Origin: Ignavibacteriales bacterium
GTDB lineage: Bacteria; Bacteroidota; Ignavibacteria; UBA10030; UBA6906
NCBI GenBank assembly: GCA_037441705.1
Contig: JBBIRR010000032.1
Location: forward strand, 1-48,951
Length of the DNA stretch: 48,951 nucleotides
Reading direction: 5' to 3'
In this document: positions 48,183 to 48,951 of the stretch, one piece after another
Position numbering within the stretch: the stretch's first letter is position 1
How the letters are laid out: every line of letters starts with the position of its first letter
Position numbers and translations under genes: made by a program
The notes under the pieces: model-generated
What the model saw: only the letters and a program-made list of their open reading frames with translations
Databases searched by the model: none
Told to the model about the DNA's origin: nothing

Positions 48183-48668
48183 ATGAAATACGCGACGTTG
48201 GTGCTGACTATCGTTGTGGCACTCGGCATTGTCGGCTGCGCCGAGCATTCAACCATCAATCCCGTTGTTGGATCGGATGAAGTGCTTGTTCCATCCAACC
48301 CGAACAACGGTACACTCAAGTTCGCTCAGGAACTGGTAGCAGCCGGTTCCGGCAAGGCATACAAAGTAAGCGGCAAGATTGACTACATCTACAAAATCCT
48401 GGAGGATTCAGAATTCGAATACAAAGCGCTCATCACGTCAACAATCGAAGATCTGAGTGATCCGCAGAGAGTGTTCAACAAAACGGAAAAAGTCTCTCAA
48501 CGAGATAACATGGACGTCGTCAAATCCACATCGGAAGTGCTCGCTATCTCGGGAATGACAAACGGCTATCTGACGCTGTATTTCCACGTGGATGGAAAGT
48601 TCGAGCTTGCTGAGGTGGAACTGGGTGAAGGCAATTCGTACCAACCCGGTTGGCAAGGAAAACCGTAA
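48183..48668 (+). CDS. Lipoprotein of unknown function
   Basis: MKYATLVLTIVVALGIVGC lipobox; followed by a terminator. Confidence 0.78.
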   Translation: MKYATLVLTIVVALGIVGCAEHSTINPVVGSDEVLVPSNPNNGTLKFAQELVAAGSGKAYKVSGKIDYIYKILEDSEFEYKALITSTIEDLSDPQRVFNKTEKVSQRDNMDVVKSTSEVLAISGMTNGYLTLYFHVDGKFELAEVELGEGNSYQPGWQGKP

Positions 48669-48693
48669 ACCTGAACACATTGCCACACTTTGC

Positions 48694-48727
48694 ACAATGC
48701 CCTGAGTCTCTCAGGGCATTGTTGTTT
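48694..48727 (+). terminator. Intrinsic terminator
   Basis: ACAATGCCCTGAG-TCT-CTCAGGGCATTGT followed by TGTTT. Confidence 0.8.
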
Positions 48728-48854
48728 GAAGCATGGACGTCTCGAGGTCTCTACCGCGGCCGCGACATTCGTTGCATGAGAGAACGAAAACGGGTATATT
48801 GAAGACGCCTTCTTGATCGCCGCCCAATGCGGTCCCTGCGTGCATGCGCCAAGG

Positions 48855-48951
48855 ACCCGCCCAAAAAGCGGGCGAGGTTTCGCAGCATGGTGAAAAGGCG
48901 CCGTAGCTCAACCCGCCCGAAAAGCGGGCGAGGTTTCGCAGCATGGTGAAA
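48855..48951 (+). repeat. 41-bp direct repeat with 56-bp period, running off the window end
   Basis: ACCCGCCC(A/G)AAAAGCGGGCGAGGTTTCGCAGCATGGTGAAA at 48855 and 48911, separated by AGGCGCCGTAGCTCA. Confidence 0.85.

Overview
Bacterial chromosomal window. It is probably from an Ignavibacteria-like member of the FCB/Bacteroidota group, inferred from two proteins with YPNPFNPST C-terminal secretion domains plus hrcA-grpE-dnaJ without dnaK. The left ~22 kb is accessory DNA in three parts. (i) 91-6494 (- strand, visibly AT-richer by eye): a tightly coupled 8-gene operon behind a TTGACA-N17-TATATT promoter, with AbrB/VapC toxin-antitoxin, small ORF, GHKL-type ATPase, two unknown proteins, C5-cytosine methyltransferase and a MutY/Mig-type glycosylase. 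This is the best candidate for an undescribed restriction/defence system. (ii) 6681-7878: a Y1 HUH transposase (IS200/RAYT-like) preceded by nine REP-like hairpins in two divergent groups, with the module bracketed by a 37-bp imperfect direct repeat. (iii) 7919-~21800: a co-oriented array of small genes (5 YciI/DGPF, DUF1801, VOC, SRPBCC, DUF1428, hydrolase, NTF2) with ECF42-like promoters and many pseudogenes and scars. The rest holds two secreted beta-propeller proteins, two mixed palindromic-repeat deserts, an acyl-CoA ligase, class II RNR nrdJ, a TPR-LytS/LytTR pair, hrcA-grpE-dnaJ-comEA, ftsX, recR, ybaB, a TMTC-like TPR membrane protein and tRNA-Pro(TGG) with a duplicated 3' half. All calls come from reading motifs by eye; no database searches were run.
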